64,000 bases of DNA from Myxococcota bacterium (GTDB taxonomy: Bacteria; Myxococcota_A; Polyangia; Nannocystales; Nannocystaceae). Shown here piece after piece: positions 7,937 through 18,647 of the stretch. Made by a program: the position numbers and the translations under genes. Positions within the stretch are counted from its first letter, which is position 1. Each line of letters starts with the position of its first letter. The notes under the pieces are model-generated. The model ran no database searches. It saw only the letters and a program-made list of their open reading frames with translations, and had not been told where the DNA came from. The stretch is from contig JBCCWC010000003.1 in NCBI GenBank assembly GCA_039194325.1, positions 32,001 to 96,000 on the forward strand, in the 5' to 3' direction.

Positions 7937-10900
7937 ATGCCCAACGGTGCCTCTGGGCGACTGGGAAATCCGCAGCTGCCGAGCTTCGACGGCGACGACC
8001 GCTTCGAGATCCGGTCCACGCTCGGTCGTGGCATGTCGAGCGTGGTCTACCGAGCACTAGATCGACAGCGGGGGGCCGAGCTGGCCCTCAAGGTCCTCGG
8101 GGTTCAGGGGTCGGCGAGCATGCTCGCGTTCAAGCGAGAGTTTCGGTCGATGGCCGACGTGTCCCATCCGAACCTGGTCAAGCTCTACGAGCTGCACGCG
8201 ACCGGAAACGAGCTGATGTTCACCATGGAGCTGGTGGACGGCAACGACTTCCTGGGCTACGTGCGACGACCAGTCGGCGCGGCCACGTCATGGGAGTCGG
8301 GCAGCACCCGGCCGCCGGCGCCCGAGCGCGACACGGTGGCGGAGTGGTCGTCGGGTTTGGCTCCTCCTCGGGTCCCGATCGCGATCGCGGGCGAGCTGGC
8401 CTGCTTTCCCCCGCTGGTGTCCGCGCAGCTGCCCACGCTGCGCGTGGTGACGGCCCAGCTCGTCCGAGGGCTGATGGCCCTCCACGACGCGGGCCACGTG
8501 CACCGCGACGTCAAGCCGTCCAACGTGATGGTGGACGACTCGGGGCGAGCGGTCCTGCTGGATTTCGGGGTGGCCGCCGAGCTGGCCGGCACGGCCCAGG
8601 CCGCCGGAACCCCGGCCTATATGTCGCCCGAGCAAGCACAGGGCAAAGATCCCCGCCCCTCGACCGACTTCTACGCGGTGGGGGTGATGCTGTACGAGGC
8701 ACTGACCGGTCGGCTACCGCACTCGAGCGAAGATCCGGTGAGCGACAAGCTGACCCGCGACCCCGATCCACCCAGCGTTATCACGCCGGATGTGCCGGTG
8801 GATCTCGATCGCCTCTGCGTGGCGCTGCTGGCCCGTGACCCGGTGATGCGACCCGAAGGCCCGGCGATCCTGGACCTGCTGTGCGGCAACTCGGAGCGCA
8901 CGCTGCCCCCGCGGAACCGCACCGAGGTCCCCCTGCTGGGCCGCGACCCAGAGCTGGCCCGGATCGAAGCGGCCATGCGCGAGGTCAAGGCCGGCGAGGG
9001 CCGGATCGTGCTGGTGACGGGGCGCTCGGGCATCGGCAAGAGCGCGCTGGTGCGGTGCTTCTTGGCCCGCCAGCGTCGCGAAGGCGCGGTGGTGCTCACC
9101 GGTCGCTGCTACGAACAAGAGTCGGTGCCCTACAAGGCGCTCGACGTGGTGATGGACGCGGTATGCCAGCACCTGGCGAGCATGCCGGAGAACGAGCGCG
9201 AAGAGGTGATGCCGCGCCATCGGTGGGCGCTGGGGCGGCTGTTCCCCGTGCTCAGCCAGTTCGGCAACCCCCCGTCATCCACACAGGCCTCGGCCCCCAG
9301 GCACAAGTCGATCGCCCCCGACGAGCTCAAGGAGCTCCGGCAGCGCCAGACGGTCGCGGTCAGCCACCCTCACTCGGACGAAGACAGCCTGGTGGAACCG
9401 GCTCGACTTCGAACGAAGGCACCGCACGACCGGCTCGACGCGGCCGATCTGGCGGCGTCTGCCCGATCGACGGTGGTGGTCAGCGCACCGATCCCCGGTC
9501 GCACCAGCGGCCACGAGCCCAACACATCCAACCCGGCACGGATCCGACGCCAGGGGGTCGCTGCGCTGCGTCAGCTGCTCGAGGCGCTGGCTCGACATGC
9601 GCCCCTCATCATCGCGATCGATGATCTGCAGTGGGGCGACGTCGATAGTGCCCAGGTGCTGGCCGAGGTGCTCAGCACACCCCAGCCGCCCTTGCTGCTG
9701 CTGGGTAGCTATCGACGCGAGGACGAGGAGACGAGCGTCTTCTTGCGCAACTTCCTCGCGTCCCAGGCCAGCCACGACGTGATCGCGCTCGATACGCTCG
9801 ACGACGACGCGGCGCTCGACTTGGCCCAGCGCCTGGCACCGATCAACCCGACCGGGGTCGACGCGACCCAGGTGGTCCGCGAAGCCAAGGGCGACCCCTT
9901 CTTGCTGGTAGAGCTGGCACGCTATGTGTCGAGCCGTAATGAGCCCGAGATGCCCGCCGAGGGCTTGACGGTCGAGGCGGTGGTCCGCACCCGGATCCGC
10001 AACCTCGCAACGCCCGCCCGTCGCCTGCTCGAAGCGATCACGGTGGCCGCCGGCCCGGTGGCGCGAGCCGTGGCCCGCCACGCCGCCGACATCGGGGCGA
10101 ACGAGAGCGCCGCGCTGGTGCAGCTGCGCGCGTCTCACCTGCTGCGGGTCAAGGGCACGCGCGGGGTCGAGGTCATCGAGACCTATCACGACCGGATCCG
10201 CGACGCCGTGCTGGCCGAGCTGAGCGACGAGGAACACCGAGCCTGGCACCTGCGGCTGGTCGAGGCGCTTCGGGCCGCAGGGACCGTCGATCACGAGCGG
10301 GTCGGCAAGCACCTCGAGGCCGGAGGGCGCCGGGCCCAGGCCGTGCCCCACTACTTGCGGGCCGCCGAGGCCTCGAGCGCGACGCTGGCGTTCGATCGTG
10401 CAGGCGAGCTGTACCGACGAGCCCTGGAGGCGGGGATCCCCTCGGTCGAGCGCGAGATCCGGGTGCGCAACGAGTACGCGGTGGTGCTGATGCGCCAGGC
10501 TCGGTTCGACGAGGCGGCCCAGGCGCTGCATCGAGCCCGCGCCATGCTGGAACCCGGCGTGGAGCGAGCTCGCATCGACCACAAGCTGGGCGAGGTGGAG
10601 CTCAACCGGGGTGACGTGGACGCGGCGACCGAGGCCCTCGAGCGCGCGCTCGCCGATCTGGACCAGCCGGTGCCCAAGGGTCGAGCGCGGCTGCTGCTGG
10701 GGAACCTACGCGAGGCGGCCGTGCAGCTGCGCAACACCTACGCGCCCCGCAAGGATCGCCCTCGCCCCGCCCAAGAGGCCGAGCGATTGGCCATGCGGAT
10801 CTATAGCCGCCTGACCCACGCCTACTCGTTCAGCCGGGGAAGCCTGGAGGTGTTCTGGCCCCACCTGCGGGAGCTCAACGCGGCCGAGCGCCACCTGCCG

Positions 10901-11923
10901 ACCCCCGAGCTCGGGCACGCGTATGCCGGGCACGGACTGATGCTGGCCACCGTGCCGTGGTTTCACCGCGGGCTGGCTTATGTGGATCGCAGCCTGGAGA
11001 TCCAGCGCCGCCTGGGCGACCGCTGGGGCGAGGCGCATGCCCTCCACCAGCAAGGGGTGGTGCTCTACGGCGCCTCGCGCTTCGCCGAGGCGGCCCGGGT
11101 CTCCACGGTGGCCGCCGAGCGCCTCGAGGCCATGGGTGACGCACCCGAGGCCCACGACGCGCTGCTCCACGCGGCCATGGCCATGCACCGGCTAGGACGA
11201 TCGACCGAGGCCACCAGCATCACCCGGCGGGTCCACGAGGAAGCCCTCGACACCGGCGACGTCTTCGCGGCCGCGACCAGCATCCTGGCGTGGACGCATG
11301 CGTCCGGGGGTCGGGTACCTTCGATGATGATCCAGATCCAGGTGGAGATCTCCGAGCAGATCCACCACCGATTCACCAAGCTGGTCACCATGCAGGCAAC
11401 AGGCCTGCGACTGCTCGGCGTGGGGCGACCCGACGAGGCCGCGATCACGCTCGACCAGACCGCCGACGAGCTGCGTCGGTGCGGCTTGATGAACACCGAG
11501 ACGCTGTCGGAGCTCGACGTGTGGCGGGCGACCGCGTGGCGTCGGGCGGCCGAGAACGCCCCCGATCCCCGTGCTCGCCGCAGCGCGCTCCGTCGGGCTC
11601 GCCGCAGCCTGACCCGAGGGCTATGGTCGGCTGGGCGGTTCCGCAATGGCCTGCCGCACGCGCTGCGAGAGGCAGGCCGTCTGGCTGCCTTGGCCGGGGG
11701 CCTGCGCCCAGCTCGTCGTCTGCTCGACGCCAGCTTGGCGGTCGCGTTGCGACAAGAGCAGACGCAAGAGGCCGCGATGACCCGATTGGTGCGCGGGGAG
11801 CTCTTTGGTGCTCGGGATCCAACGGTGGTGGCCGAGGCCAAGGCCGCGGTCGATAGCTGCGCCAGCCTGACGATCGGGCTGCGGCTCGACGGCGACCCAC
11901 GGATCCGGAGTCGCGTGGAATAG
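7937..11923 (+). CDS. Ser/Thr protein kinase + AAA (STAND-like) ATPase + TPR
   Basis: LGRGMSS, ALK, HRDVKPSN, DFG, GTPAYMSPE; GRSGIGKS and IDDLQWGD; helical repeats. Confidence 0.95.
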   Translation: MPNGASGRLGNPQLPSFDGDDRFEIRSTLGRGMSSVVYRALDRQRGAELALKVLGVQGSASMLAFKREFRSMADVSHPNLVKLYELHATGNELMFTMELVDGNDFLGYVRRPVGAATSWESGSTRPPAPERDTVAEWSSGLAPPRVPIAIAGELACFPPLVSAQLPTLRVVTAQLVRGLMALHDAGHVHRDVKPSNVMVDDSGRAVLLDFGVAAELAGTAQAAGTPAYMSPEQAQGKDPRPSTDFYAVGVMLYEALTGRLPHSSEDPVSDKLTRDPDPPSVITPDVPVDLDRLCVALLARDPVMRPEGPAILDLLCGNSERTLPPRNRTEVPLLGRDPELARIEAAMREVKAGEGRIVLVTGRSGIGKSALVRCFLARQRREGAVVLTGRCYEQESVPYKALDVVMDAVCQHLASMPENEREEVMPRHRWALGRLFPVLSQFGNPPSSTQASAPRHKSIAPDELKELRQRQTVAVSHPHSDEDSLVEPARLRTKAPHDRLDAADLAASARSTVVVSAPIPGRTSGHEPNTSNPARIRRQGVAALRQLLEALARHAPLIIAIDDLQWGDVDSAQVLAEVLSTPQPPLLLLGSYRREDEETSVFLRNFLASQASHDVIALDTLDDDAALDLAQRLAPINPTGVDATQVVREAKGDPFLLVELARYVSSRNEPEMPAEGLTVEAVVRTRIRNLATPARRLLEAITVAAGPVARAVARHAADIGANESAALVQLRASHLLRVKGTRGVEVIETYHDRIRDAVLAELSDEEHRAWHLRLVEALRAAGTVDHERVGKHLEAGGRRAQAVPHYLRAAEASSATLAFDRAGELYRRALEAGIPSVEREIRVRNEYAVVLMRQARFDEAAQALHRARAMLEPGVERARIDHKLGEVELNRGDVDAATEALERALADLDQPVPKGRARLLLGNLREAAVQLRNTYAPRKDRPRPAQEAERLAMRIYSRLTHAYSFSRGSLEVFWPHLRELNAAERHLPTPELGHAYAGHGLMLATVPWFHRGLAYVDRSLEIQRRLGDRWGEAHALHQQGVVLYGASRFAEAARVSTVAAERLEAMGDAPEAHDALLHAAMAMHRLGRSTEATSITRRVHEEALDTGDVFAAATSILAWTHASGGRVPSMMIQIQVEISEQIHHRFTKLVTMQATGLRLLGVGRPDEAAITLDQTADELRRCGLMNTETLSELDVWRATAWRRAAENAPDPRARRSALRRARRSLTRGLWSAGRFRNGLPHALREAGRLAALAGGLRPARRLLDASLAVALRQEQTQEAAMTRLVRGELFGARDPTVVAEAKAAVDSCASLTIGLRLDGDPRIRSRVE

Positions 11924-11990
11924 CGCCCGGGTACTAAACCGTAGGGCGACCGCGGCCTCGGCATCATATTCGGCATCAGATATAGACAGC

Positions 11991-12731
11991 TCAGTCGGCC
12001 TCGGGCTCGTCCACACTCCCAGTACCCTCAGCGTTCGACGCTGCCGGCCGCCCATCGGGGTTCCACAGCATGACCTCCTCGAGGGTCTTGCGGCGCAGAT
12101 CGGGCACCTCGGCATCGGCGGCGGGATAGCCCACCGGGAACAGAATGAAGGGTCGCTCGTTCTTGGGTCGCCCCAAGATCTCGCCCAAGAACTTCATGGG
12201 GCTCGGCGTGTGCGTGACGGTCGAGAGCCCCATCTGATGCAGCGCCGCGATGAATAGACCACACGCCAACCCTACACTCTCACGCACATAGTAGTTCTTG
12301 CGCGGCCGACCGTCGGGGAAGAAGCTGTGGATCTCCTCGAACGCCACGACCAGATACGGCGCGGTGTCGAGGTAGGGTTTGTGCCAATCGGTCCGCATCG
12401 GAGCCAGAGCCTCGAGCCACTCCTTGGACATACGACCCTCGTAGCTACGACGCTCCTCGGCCTCGGCGGCCTCCCGAATGCGGTGCTTGATCGCCGGATC
12501 GTCGACCACCACGAAACGCCACGGCTGCCGATGAGCCCCCGAGGGAGCCGTCGACGCCGTGCGGATCGCCAGCTCGATCGCCTCGCGCGGTACCGGCTCG
12601 TCACTGAAGTGACGTACGCTCCGACGCGCGTCCATCTGCTCGTAGAACGCCCGACCGCGACGCAAGGCCTCATCGAGAGGGACACGCGCAGGGCGATAGG
12701 GCACGAACGGATAACGGTCGTCTTGAGCCAT
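11991..12731 (-). CDS. Nitroreductase-family flavoprotein, iodotyrosine deiodinase (IYD) subfamily
   Basis: RRSVRHFS, TAPSGAHRQPW, EAEERRSYEGRM..W...L....TDWHKPYLDTAP, YYVRESVG, THTPSPM, PVGYP. Confidence 0.9.
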   Translation of the reverse strand: MAQDDRYPFVPYRPARVPLDEALRRGRAFYEQMDARRSVRHFSDEPVPREAIELAIRTASTAPSGAHRQPWRFVVVDDPAIKHRIREAAEAEERRSYEGRMSKEWLEALAPMRTDWHKPYLDTAPYLVVAFEEIHSFFPDGRPRKNYYVRESVGLACGLFIAALHQMGLSTVTHTPSPMKFLGEILGRPKNERPFILFPVGYPAADAEVPDLRRKTLEEVMLWNPDGRPAASNAEGTGSVDEPEAD

Positions 12732-12817
12732 CGGCGTACAGCGCGAGTTATCGCGAAAGCAACGGGCTCGCCAACCCGAACCCGTCGATCCCTTCGCGAT
12801 AGCGCGTTGCAACCCGA

Positions 12818-13168
12818 TCAACGATCGGCCGATAAACGCTCATCGACCAGCTGCTGCACGAAGCTCCGGTCCTCGGGCCGGATTTCGGTAAAGAGCACCC
12901 CAATCCCACATGCAGGACCTTCCCCCGGTCGAATGCAGCGGACCACCACTCCACCGATCTCCAGCTGCCGCTCACCTACGTGTAGCTGCAACCGAATGGC
13001 GGTGCCCTCGGGCCGAGGGTTCTCCATACGAATGAACACCCCACCCTCGCTGATGTCGACGGTCCGACTGTCGTAGGCCGCTTCGGCTGATGCAAACCGC
13101 AAGCGCACCGTCAATGCGAGCTGGATCCGAGGAAATCGTCGCCGCTCAGGTCGCGAAGCTTGGCCCAA
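12818..13168 (-). CDS. PilZ domain protein (TIGR02266-like)
   Basis: RRRFPR (RxxxR) and DISEGG (DxSxxG); start uncertain (TTG chosen). Confidence 0.85.
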   Translation of the reverse strand: MGQASRPERRRFPRIQLALTVRLRFASAEAAYDSRTVDISEGGVFIRMENPRPEGTAIRLQLHVGERQLEIGGVVVRCIRPGEGPACGIGVLFTEIRPEDRSFVQQLVDERLSADR

Positions 13169-13377
13169 TTGGGTCGATTCGGCCGCCGCACCATCGCACT
13201 CCGCCGATGGCGTTCGTTGACCATGACCCCGCGACTTGTTCAAAACGTGATCTAGATGACCATGATCGCACGATGATTGCAAATCCAGGGAGGACGCTCG
13301 ACCGAGCCGATCGCACCCGAATCCCGAAGCCACCTTCACCGCGTTCGCCGGCTTCGCCGGCTTCGCCAGGTGGTATC

Positions 13378-14553
13378 GTGACAATCGTGACAGGTGAACG
13401 TGGGCTCGAGTCTCGAATCTTCCTACACGTAGGTGTCCTTGCGCTCCTGTGCGGAGCGTGCACGGTTGATGAGGTCGGGGGATCGGGCGAGGGAACCGAG
13501 TCGAGCAGCAGCAGTAGCGGCCCGGCGGCCGAATCGACCACGACCACCGGCGGGATGACCAGCCAAAGTTCACTCGACACGACGGCGAGCGAGGATCTGA
13601 CCGCGGGACCGTTCGACGACGTCTTCTACGCGGATCTGCCCCCGACCGGCGCGCTCGACTGTCGCGACACCCCACCGCCCGGCGCCGAGCTCCCGCCCCC
13701 GCTGCCCACGTACGAGGGTGCCTGCCCCGATCTTGCGCCCGGGCTCAACACGATCGACAGCTCGGGCTTCGTCCGCGAGTTCTTGCTGATCCTGCCCGAG
13801 GATCTCGACGACGACGAGCGCCTGCCGGTGGTGTTCCTGTGGCACTGGCTCGGCGGCTCGGCCGATGACTTCCTCGAGCAAGGCGACGTGCAGACGGCGG
13901 TCAATGAGTATCGCTTTGCCGCGGTGATCCCCGAGGCCAGAGGCGACCTGATCTTTCGTTGGCCCTTTACGATCCTCGACCCGGACGCCCGCGTAGACGA
14001 GGAATTCGAGTTCTTCGACGACATGCTCGCCTGCGTGGCCGAGCAATACATGGTCGCCGAGCACTGCATCTCCAGCGCGGGGGTGAGCGCGGGCGGCCTA
14101 TTCACCTCGCAGCTGGCCTCGGGCCGCGGTGAGCGGCTGGCCAGCTTCCTGTCGCTGTCGGGCGGCACCGGCGGCCTGGCCGTCAAGCCCTGGGGGGGCT
14201 CTTCTCACAAGATGCCCGCGATGGTGCTGTGGGGGGGAGAAGAAGATTTCTGCATCGCGGTGGACTTCAACAATACCTCGCTGGATCTCGAGGCCAACCT
14301 CGACGCCGATGGGCACTTCTTGTTGGAGTGCATCCATAATTGTAGGCACACCGCTCCGCCCTTCGACATGGCCCCAGGACAGACCGCCTTTGCGCCCATG
14401 TGGGAGTTCGTGCTGGCTCACCCGTATTGGCTGGAAGACGGGGAGTCACCGTATATGGACGAGGTGCCCGAGAACACTCCCCAGTGGTGCGGGGTGGGGC
14501 TGGGGGGATCGACACCCCGCGAAGGGGAGTGCGGGCCCGATCAGTGTATGTGA
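13378..14553 (+). CDS. Lipoprotein alpha/beta hydrolase (PHB depolymerase/esterase-like)
   Basis: Lipobox-like LLCGAC, Ser/Thr linker, LPVVFLWH, nucleophile GVSAGG, WGGEED; start uncertain. Confidence 0.8.
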   Translation: MTIVTGERGLESRIFLHVGVLALLCGACTVDEVGGSGEGTESSSSSSGPAAESTTTTGGMTSQSSLDTTASEDLTAGPFDDVFYADLPPTGALDCRDTPPPGAELPPPLPTYEGACPDLAPGLNTIDSSGFVREFLLILPEDLDDDERLPVVFLWHWLGGSADDFLEQGDVQTAVNEYRFAAVIPEARGDLIFRWPFTILDPDARVDEEFEFFDDMLACVAEQYMVAEHCISSAGVSAGGLFTSQLASGRGERLASFLSLSGGTGGLAVKPWGGSSHKMPAMVLWGGEEDFCIAVDFNNTSLDLEANLDADGHFLLECIHNCRHTAPPFDMAPGQTAFAPMWEFVLAHPYWLEDGESPYMDEVPENTPQWCGVGLGGSTPREGECGPDQCM

Positions 14554-14836
14554 GGGTCGAGCTCGCGAAACGATGAATCCGTACCGACCACCGAGCGCAG
14601 CCTCGGTGGACGCGATCCTTGACCAGGCGCCGGACCACGAGCGCCTCGGAATCCGTGCGCTCGCGTGGATTCCACACCGATGGCGATTCCGCGCGCCGCT
14701 CCACCGAACCGGCCCTCGGTCCGCGACGATCGTCGAACAAAAACTACCGTTCATCGATTTAATGGGGAACCTCCGATCGGGGTCGTGCATCCTGAAAGAC
14801 GCGATGACCCGCGACTGCCGGATACCGACCCTGCGG

Positions 14837-15436
14837 TCAGCGTCGCTCTCGGATCGACGCCACCCAGTGCTCGATCTGCGACAGCGTCGACTCCCGCACT
14901 TCGGGCTTGGCCTCGAGCTGCTCGATCTCCTTGGCGAGCCGACCCCGCGCACGATGCAGCCGAGTCTTGACGGTGTTGAGCGGGATCTGCATCACCTCGG
15001 CGACCTCTGCCAGCGTCAGCTCTTCCCAGTAGTGCAGCTCGATGACCAGCTGCTGCTCGTCGGGCAGCCGGCGCAGCGCCAGGAGCAACAATCGCTGTTC
15101 AGAGCGATAGTTGGCGAGCCACGATGCTCGCGTGGGCTCTTCGAGCTCCGCGTCCGTCTGAGCCGGCCGAGCACGCCCAGAGCGGAGGAACATCAGCAAT
15201 TCGTTGCGCGCAATGGCCAGCAGGTACGCGCGGATCCGGAGACCATCTCGGATCTGCGTGCTCGCCGTCACGCAGCGCTCGAACGTAGACTGCACGAGAT
15301 CGTCGACGGCGCTGGCCGGAGCTCGAGACTCGAAGAAACGCGTGACCGAGAAGAAATGGCGCCGAAACAGCTCGCTGCCCGCAGGCCGGCTTCCCGCCCT
15401 CCACTCGTCGAGGAGCTGACGATCCTCGGTCGCCAC
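14837..15436 (-). CDS. ECF-type RNA polymerase sigma-70 factor
   Basis: QLLDEWRAG, DDLVQSTF, AYLLAIARN, ELHYWEELTLAEVAEVM, TVKTRLHRAR. Confidence 0.95.
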   Translation of the reverse strand: MATEDRQLLDEWRAGSRPAGSELFRRHFFSVTRFFESRAPASAVDDLVQSTFERCVTASTQIRDGLRIRAYLLAIARNELLMFLRSGRARPAQTDAELEEPTRASWLANYRSEQRLLLLALRRLPDEQQLVIELHYWEELTLAEVAEVMQIPLNTVKTRLHRARGRLAKEIEQLEAKPEVRESTLSQIEHWVASIRERR

Positions 15437-15570
15437 GTTGCTCGATCGTCGTTCAATTCTGCGGGCGGTGCAAGCCGACCGACCCCCGCTGATCTTCACC
15501 GCTCTCCACCGATCCCTACCACGAGCGGGAGAGCGTCATCCTTCACCGCGCTGGGCATGCGAGGGTGAGC

Positions 15571-18534
15571 ATGCAAGCGCATGACAACGAGTGCACGTTC
15601 CCGATTCCGTTGCAGGCCTCGGATCCGGTGTCCGATCTGCGACGCTTCGAACGGCTGCACGACCGCATGTTCGGCACCCATCGGGCCAAGGTCCGGATCG
15701 GGCGTTACGAGCTCGGCGATCAGCTCGGAAGAGGGGGATCTGGCTTCGTTCATCGAGGGTACGACCCCACCCTTCGGCGAACGATCGCGATCAAGATCAT
15801 TCCGGTCCCTCACCAGATTGCCGCGAAAAAGATCGACATATTGATGGCTGAGGCGCACGCCCTGGCTCGCATCGATCACCCGCACCTGGTGCGAGTCTAC
15901 GATGCGGGCACGTGTACCTTGCTCGACACGACGCACTCGACGCAGCTGCCGGTCGCGGTGGACAACCCCCGGTTGCTGTACATGGTGATGGAGTTGGTCG
16001 AGGGGCCCGTGCTGCGCGACTGGCTGGCAAATGGACGCTCGCCCGCGGAGATCCTCTCGGCATTCCTCGCAATGGGCAACGCACTGGCCGCGGCTCACGC
16101 CTCGGGGATCGTGCACCGGGACTTCAAGCCGGCGAACATCGCCTTCGACAGCGAAGGGCAGCCGAAGATCCTCGACTTTGGGCTCGCCGGCGCGGCGACT
16201 CCTTGTGCAGACTTCCACGAAAACCCGCCGGCCCTGGGAACTCCGGCCTACATGGCCCCCGAGCAGCACGAAGGGCAGGCGGGGGATCCCCTCGTGGATC
16301 AGTTCGCGTTCTGCCTGACCCTGTGGGAGGCGCTGACGGGGGCTCGCCCCTATCCCGGCCCCACGCTCGAGGCGTACCGCACCCAGAAGCTGGCCGCCAA
16401 CCTTGTGATCCCCGGAAAAGAGCGGTCCAAGGCCATCCTCCGGGTGCTGAGCCGAGGGCTGAACCCAGACCCGGCGCAACGGTGGAGTGACATGTCGGCC
16501 CTGGTCGATGCGCTCCGGCGCGCCCAGTGGCGACGACACGCGTTCCGTGTGTTGGCCGGGGGCATGGTGGTGCTGGTGGGCATTGGTGCTGGGTCCGTGG
16601 GCATCGCGGCCAATGCAGCCAAAGACCTCTGTGACGACACCGACCAGCAAGCCGAGGAGATCTGGAATCTCGAGGTTCAGGACCGCCTGGCGACACAGCT
16701 CGCTCGTCGAGTGCCGACCCGGGCGAAGGACACGACCGACGTCATCCAGCGCCGGTTCGAGCGGCTCACCCATTCGTGGGCCCAGGCTCACGCACAAGCT
16801 TGCACGCTGCCGACCCCCGAGCGGGACGAGGTCGTGCAGTGCCTGGAAGGGGCCAAGGTTGCCGCCCAGGGGGTGCGACAGGCGCTCGAGCACAGCCCGG
16901 GAACGGAGTCCATCAGGGTGTTGGATCTTCTGCCGGAGCCCACGGACTGCATCCGCGAGCACGCCAACGAGCCACACTGGCGCGCCGCGTATGGACGTGA
17001 GCTGATGGAGTATCGCTCACGCTTCGCGCTGGGCGACCTGGAGGTGGTGCTGCGTCACGCCGAGTTCGTGCTCGACCTCGACGACTCCCTGCCGCCCGCC
17101 GTCCGGGCGGAGTGGTCTCTCGTTCGTGGCTTGTGCCTCACCGGGCTGCACCGGCTCCCCGAAGCACGCGAGGCGCTCGAAGAAGCCTGGATGATCGGCG
17201 TGCAGGCTCACAACCTCCATGCGGGTGTGCGGGCCCTGCTCGGCCTGTCGTCGTCCATGTTCGCGACGAACCCCGAGCAGGCCCGCACCTACCTGGAGCT
17301 CGCCGACTCTCATCGCGAGTCGCTGGGCCCGCGAGGGCAGATCTCGCTGGATGGTACATGGGCTCAATATCACCTTCGGGTCGACCGAGATCTCGACGCA
17401 GCCCTCGCTCGCTGGAGAGCCGTGGTCGAACAGCTCGTAGAGCTCAACTCCTCTCCCCTGCTCATCACCACAAGCGCGAAGAGCGTCGCCAGTGTGCTCA
17501 TTCAGATGGGCCGCTTCGAGGAAGCCGACAACCTGCTCAATCGCATGCTCGACCACGTCGATCCCGAGATCGACGGCCAGCCCACCGAGGCTTCGCTGAT
17601 GGTCCAGCGGGGCTTCTCCACCTGGCTTCGGGGCGACATCGGCGGCGCCGCGCGGGACTTCGCCTTCGCGACCTCACGGGTCTGGGTGGCGGGGACTCCC
17701 TTCGCGCTCGAGATCTATGCCCGGGTATCCGCCGACCAGGGCCACCCCGAGGACGCCGAGGCGGAGATCGCCGCGTTTCGGGATCAGCTCGAGCTCAGGC
17801 CGAACCAGGCCGACCCCACCACCATTGCCCAGGCGACGGTCGACTTGTACCGCGGCCGATTCTCTGCGGCTGCTGTGCTCCCGGATCCCGCGGAGTACCC
17901 GGGCCTCGACTGGGAGCTCGAGCTCCTTGGGGCGAGCGCAGCCGCCGTCGCGGGTCGGATCGAAGAGGTTCGTCGGGCGATCTCCGTGGTGGACGCCAAG
18001 GCGCACAAGCACACCGAGCACACCGCGAGGCTGCTGTACCTCGACACGGCTGAGCTCGCGACCTTGGTCGGCGACTTCGACCTGTGCATGCGCCTGCTCG
18101 AGTCCGTAGTCGATGGCCCCAGCCCACAGCTCAGAGCACGCGCGTACCTGGTGTCGGCCCGGGCCGCGCTCATCGCCGGGCGAGACGAGCTCGTCGACGA
18201 GTTTCTCCGTCGGGCCCGGCACCAGCTTGCCGAGCTCGAGGGTCCGTGGACGCTCGCGGAGGTCGAGCTCGACCTGCTGAGCGCGGTACGCCGGGCCCGA
18301 CAAGGGGAGCAAGTCGCGGCGCAGATCCTCGCCACCCAGGCGATGAGCCGACGAGGCTCGAGGCACTCGCTGGCCCTGGCCCGCGCCGCGTCCCTGCTCA
18401 TCGCCCCTTCGAACCAAGAGCTGGCACAGCTCGCCCATACGTGGGTGAGGGAGCTCGGCGACGAGCTCGGGGCAGATCCCGAGGTCATCGAGTGGCTGGC
18501 TCGCCCCCGTCCTTCACCCCGCGAACAACCCTAG
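15571..18534 (+). CDS. Ser/Thr protein kinase with TM segment and TPR-like C-terminal region
   Basis: LGRGGSG, HRDFKPAN, DFGLA, GTPAYMAPEQ, DQFAFC; TM VLAGGMVVLVGIG. Confidence 0.95.
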   Translation: MQAHDNECTFPIPLQASDPVSDLRRFERLHDRMFGTHRAKVRIGRYELGDQLGRGGSGFVHRGYDPTLRRTIAIKIIPVPHQIAAKKIDILMAEAHALARIDHPHLVRVYDAGTCTLLDTTHSTQLPVAVDNPRLLYMVMELVEGPVLRDWLANGRSPAEILSAFLAMGNALAAAHASGIVHRDFKPANIAFDSEGQPKILDFGLAGAATPCADFHENPPALGTPAYMAPEQHEGQAGDPLVDQFAFCLTLWEALTGARPYPGPTLEAYRTQKLAANLVIPGKERSKAILRVLSRGLNPDPAQRWSDMSALVDALRRAQWRRHAFRVLAGGMVVLVGIGAGSVGIAANAAKDLCDDTDQQAEEIWNLEVQDRLATQLARRVPTRAKDTTDVIQRRFERLTHSWAQAHAQACTLPTPERDEVVQCLEGAKVAAQGVRQALEHSPGTESIRVLDLLPEPTDCIREHANEPHWRAAYGRELMEYRSRFALGDLEVVLRHAEFVLDLDDSLPPAVRAEWSLVRGLCLTGLHRLPEAREALEEAWMIGVQAHNLHAGVRALLGLSSSMFATNPEQARTYLELADSHRESLGPRGQISLDGTWAQYHLRVDRDLDAALARWRAVVEQLVELNSSPLLITTSAKSVASVLIQMGRFEEADNLLNRMLDHVDPEIDGQPTEASLMVQRGFSTWLRGDIGGAARDFAFATSRVWVAGTPFALEIYARVSADQGHPEDAEAEIAAFRDQLELRPNQADPTTIAQATVDLYRGRFSAAAVLPDPAEYPGLDWELELLGASAAAVAGRIEEVRRAISVVDAKAHKHTEHTARLLYLDTAELATLVGDFDLCMRLLESVVDGPSPQLRARAYLVSARAALIAGRDELVDEFLRRARHQLAELEGPWTLAEVELDLLSAVRRARQGEQVAAQILATQAMSRRGSRHSLALARAASLLIAPSNQELAQLAHTWVRELGDELGADPEVIEWLARPRPSPREQP

Positions 18535-18647
18535 CCTCGTCACTACGAACGAGATCGTCCTATGGGATGGCTACTTTGTTTATCACTGCGACCAAGGATA
18601 CTCACTGTACTGCATCGAGCAGGGTTGAGCGCCAGGAGATCCGACCC

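Noticed and set aside
14573..14836. MNPYRPP... possible RDD-like gene start
   Set aside because: Similarity fades after about 33 codons and the frame runs antisense through the sigma gene; at most a remnant
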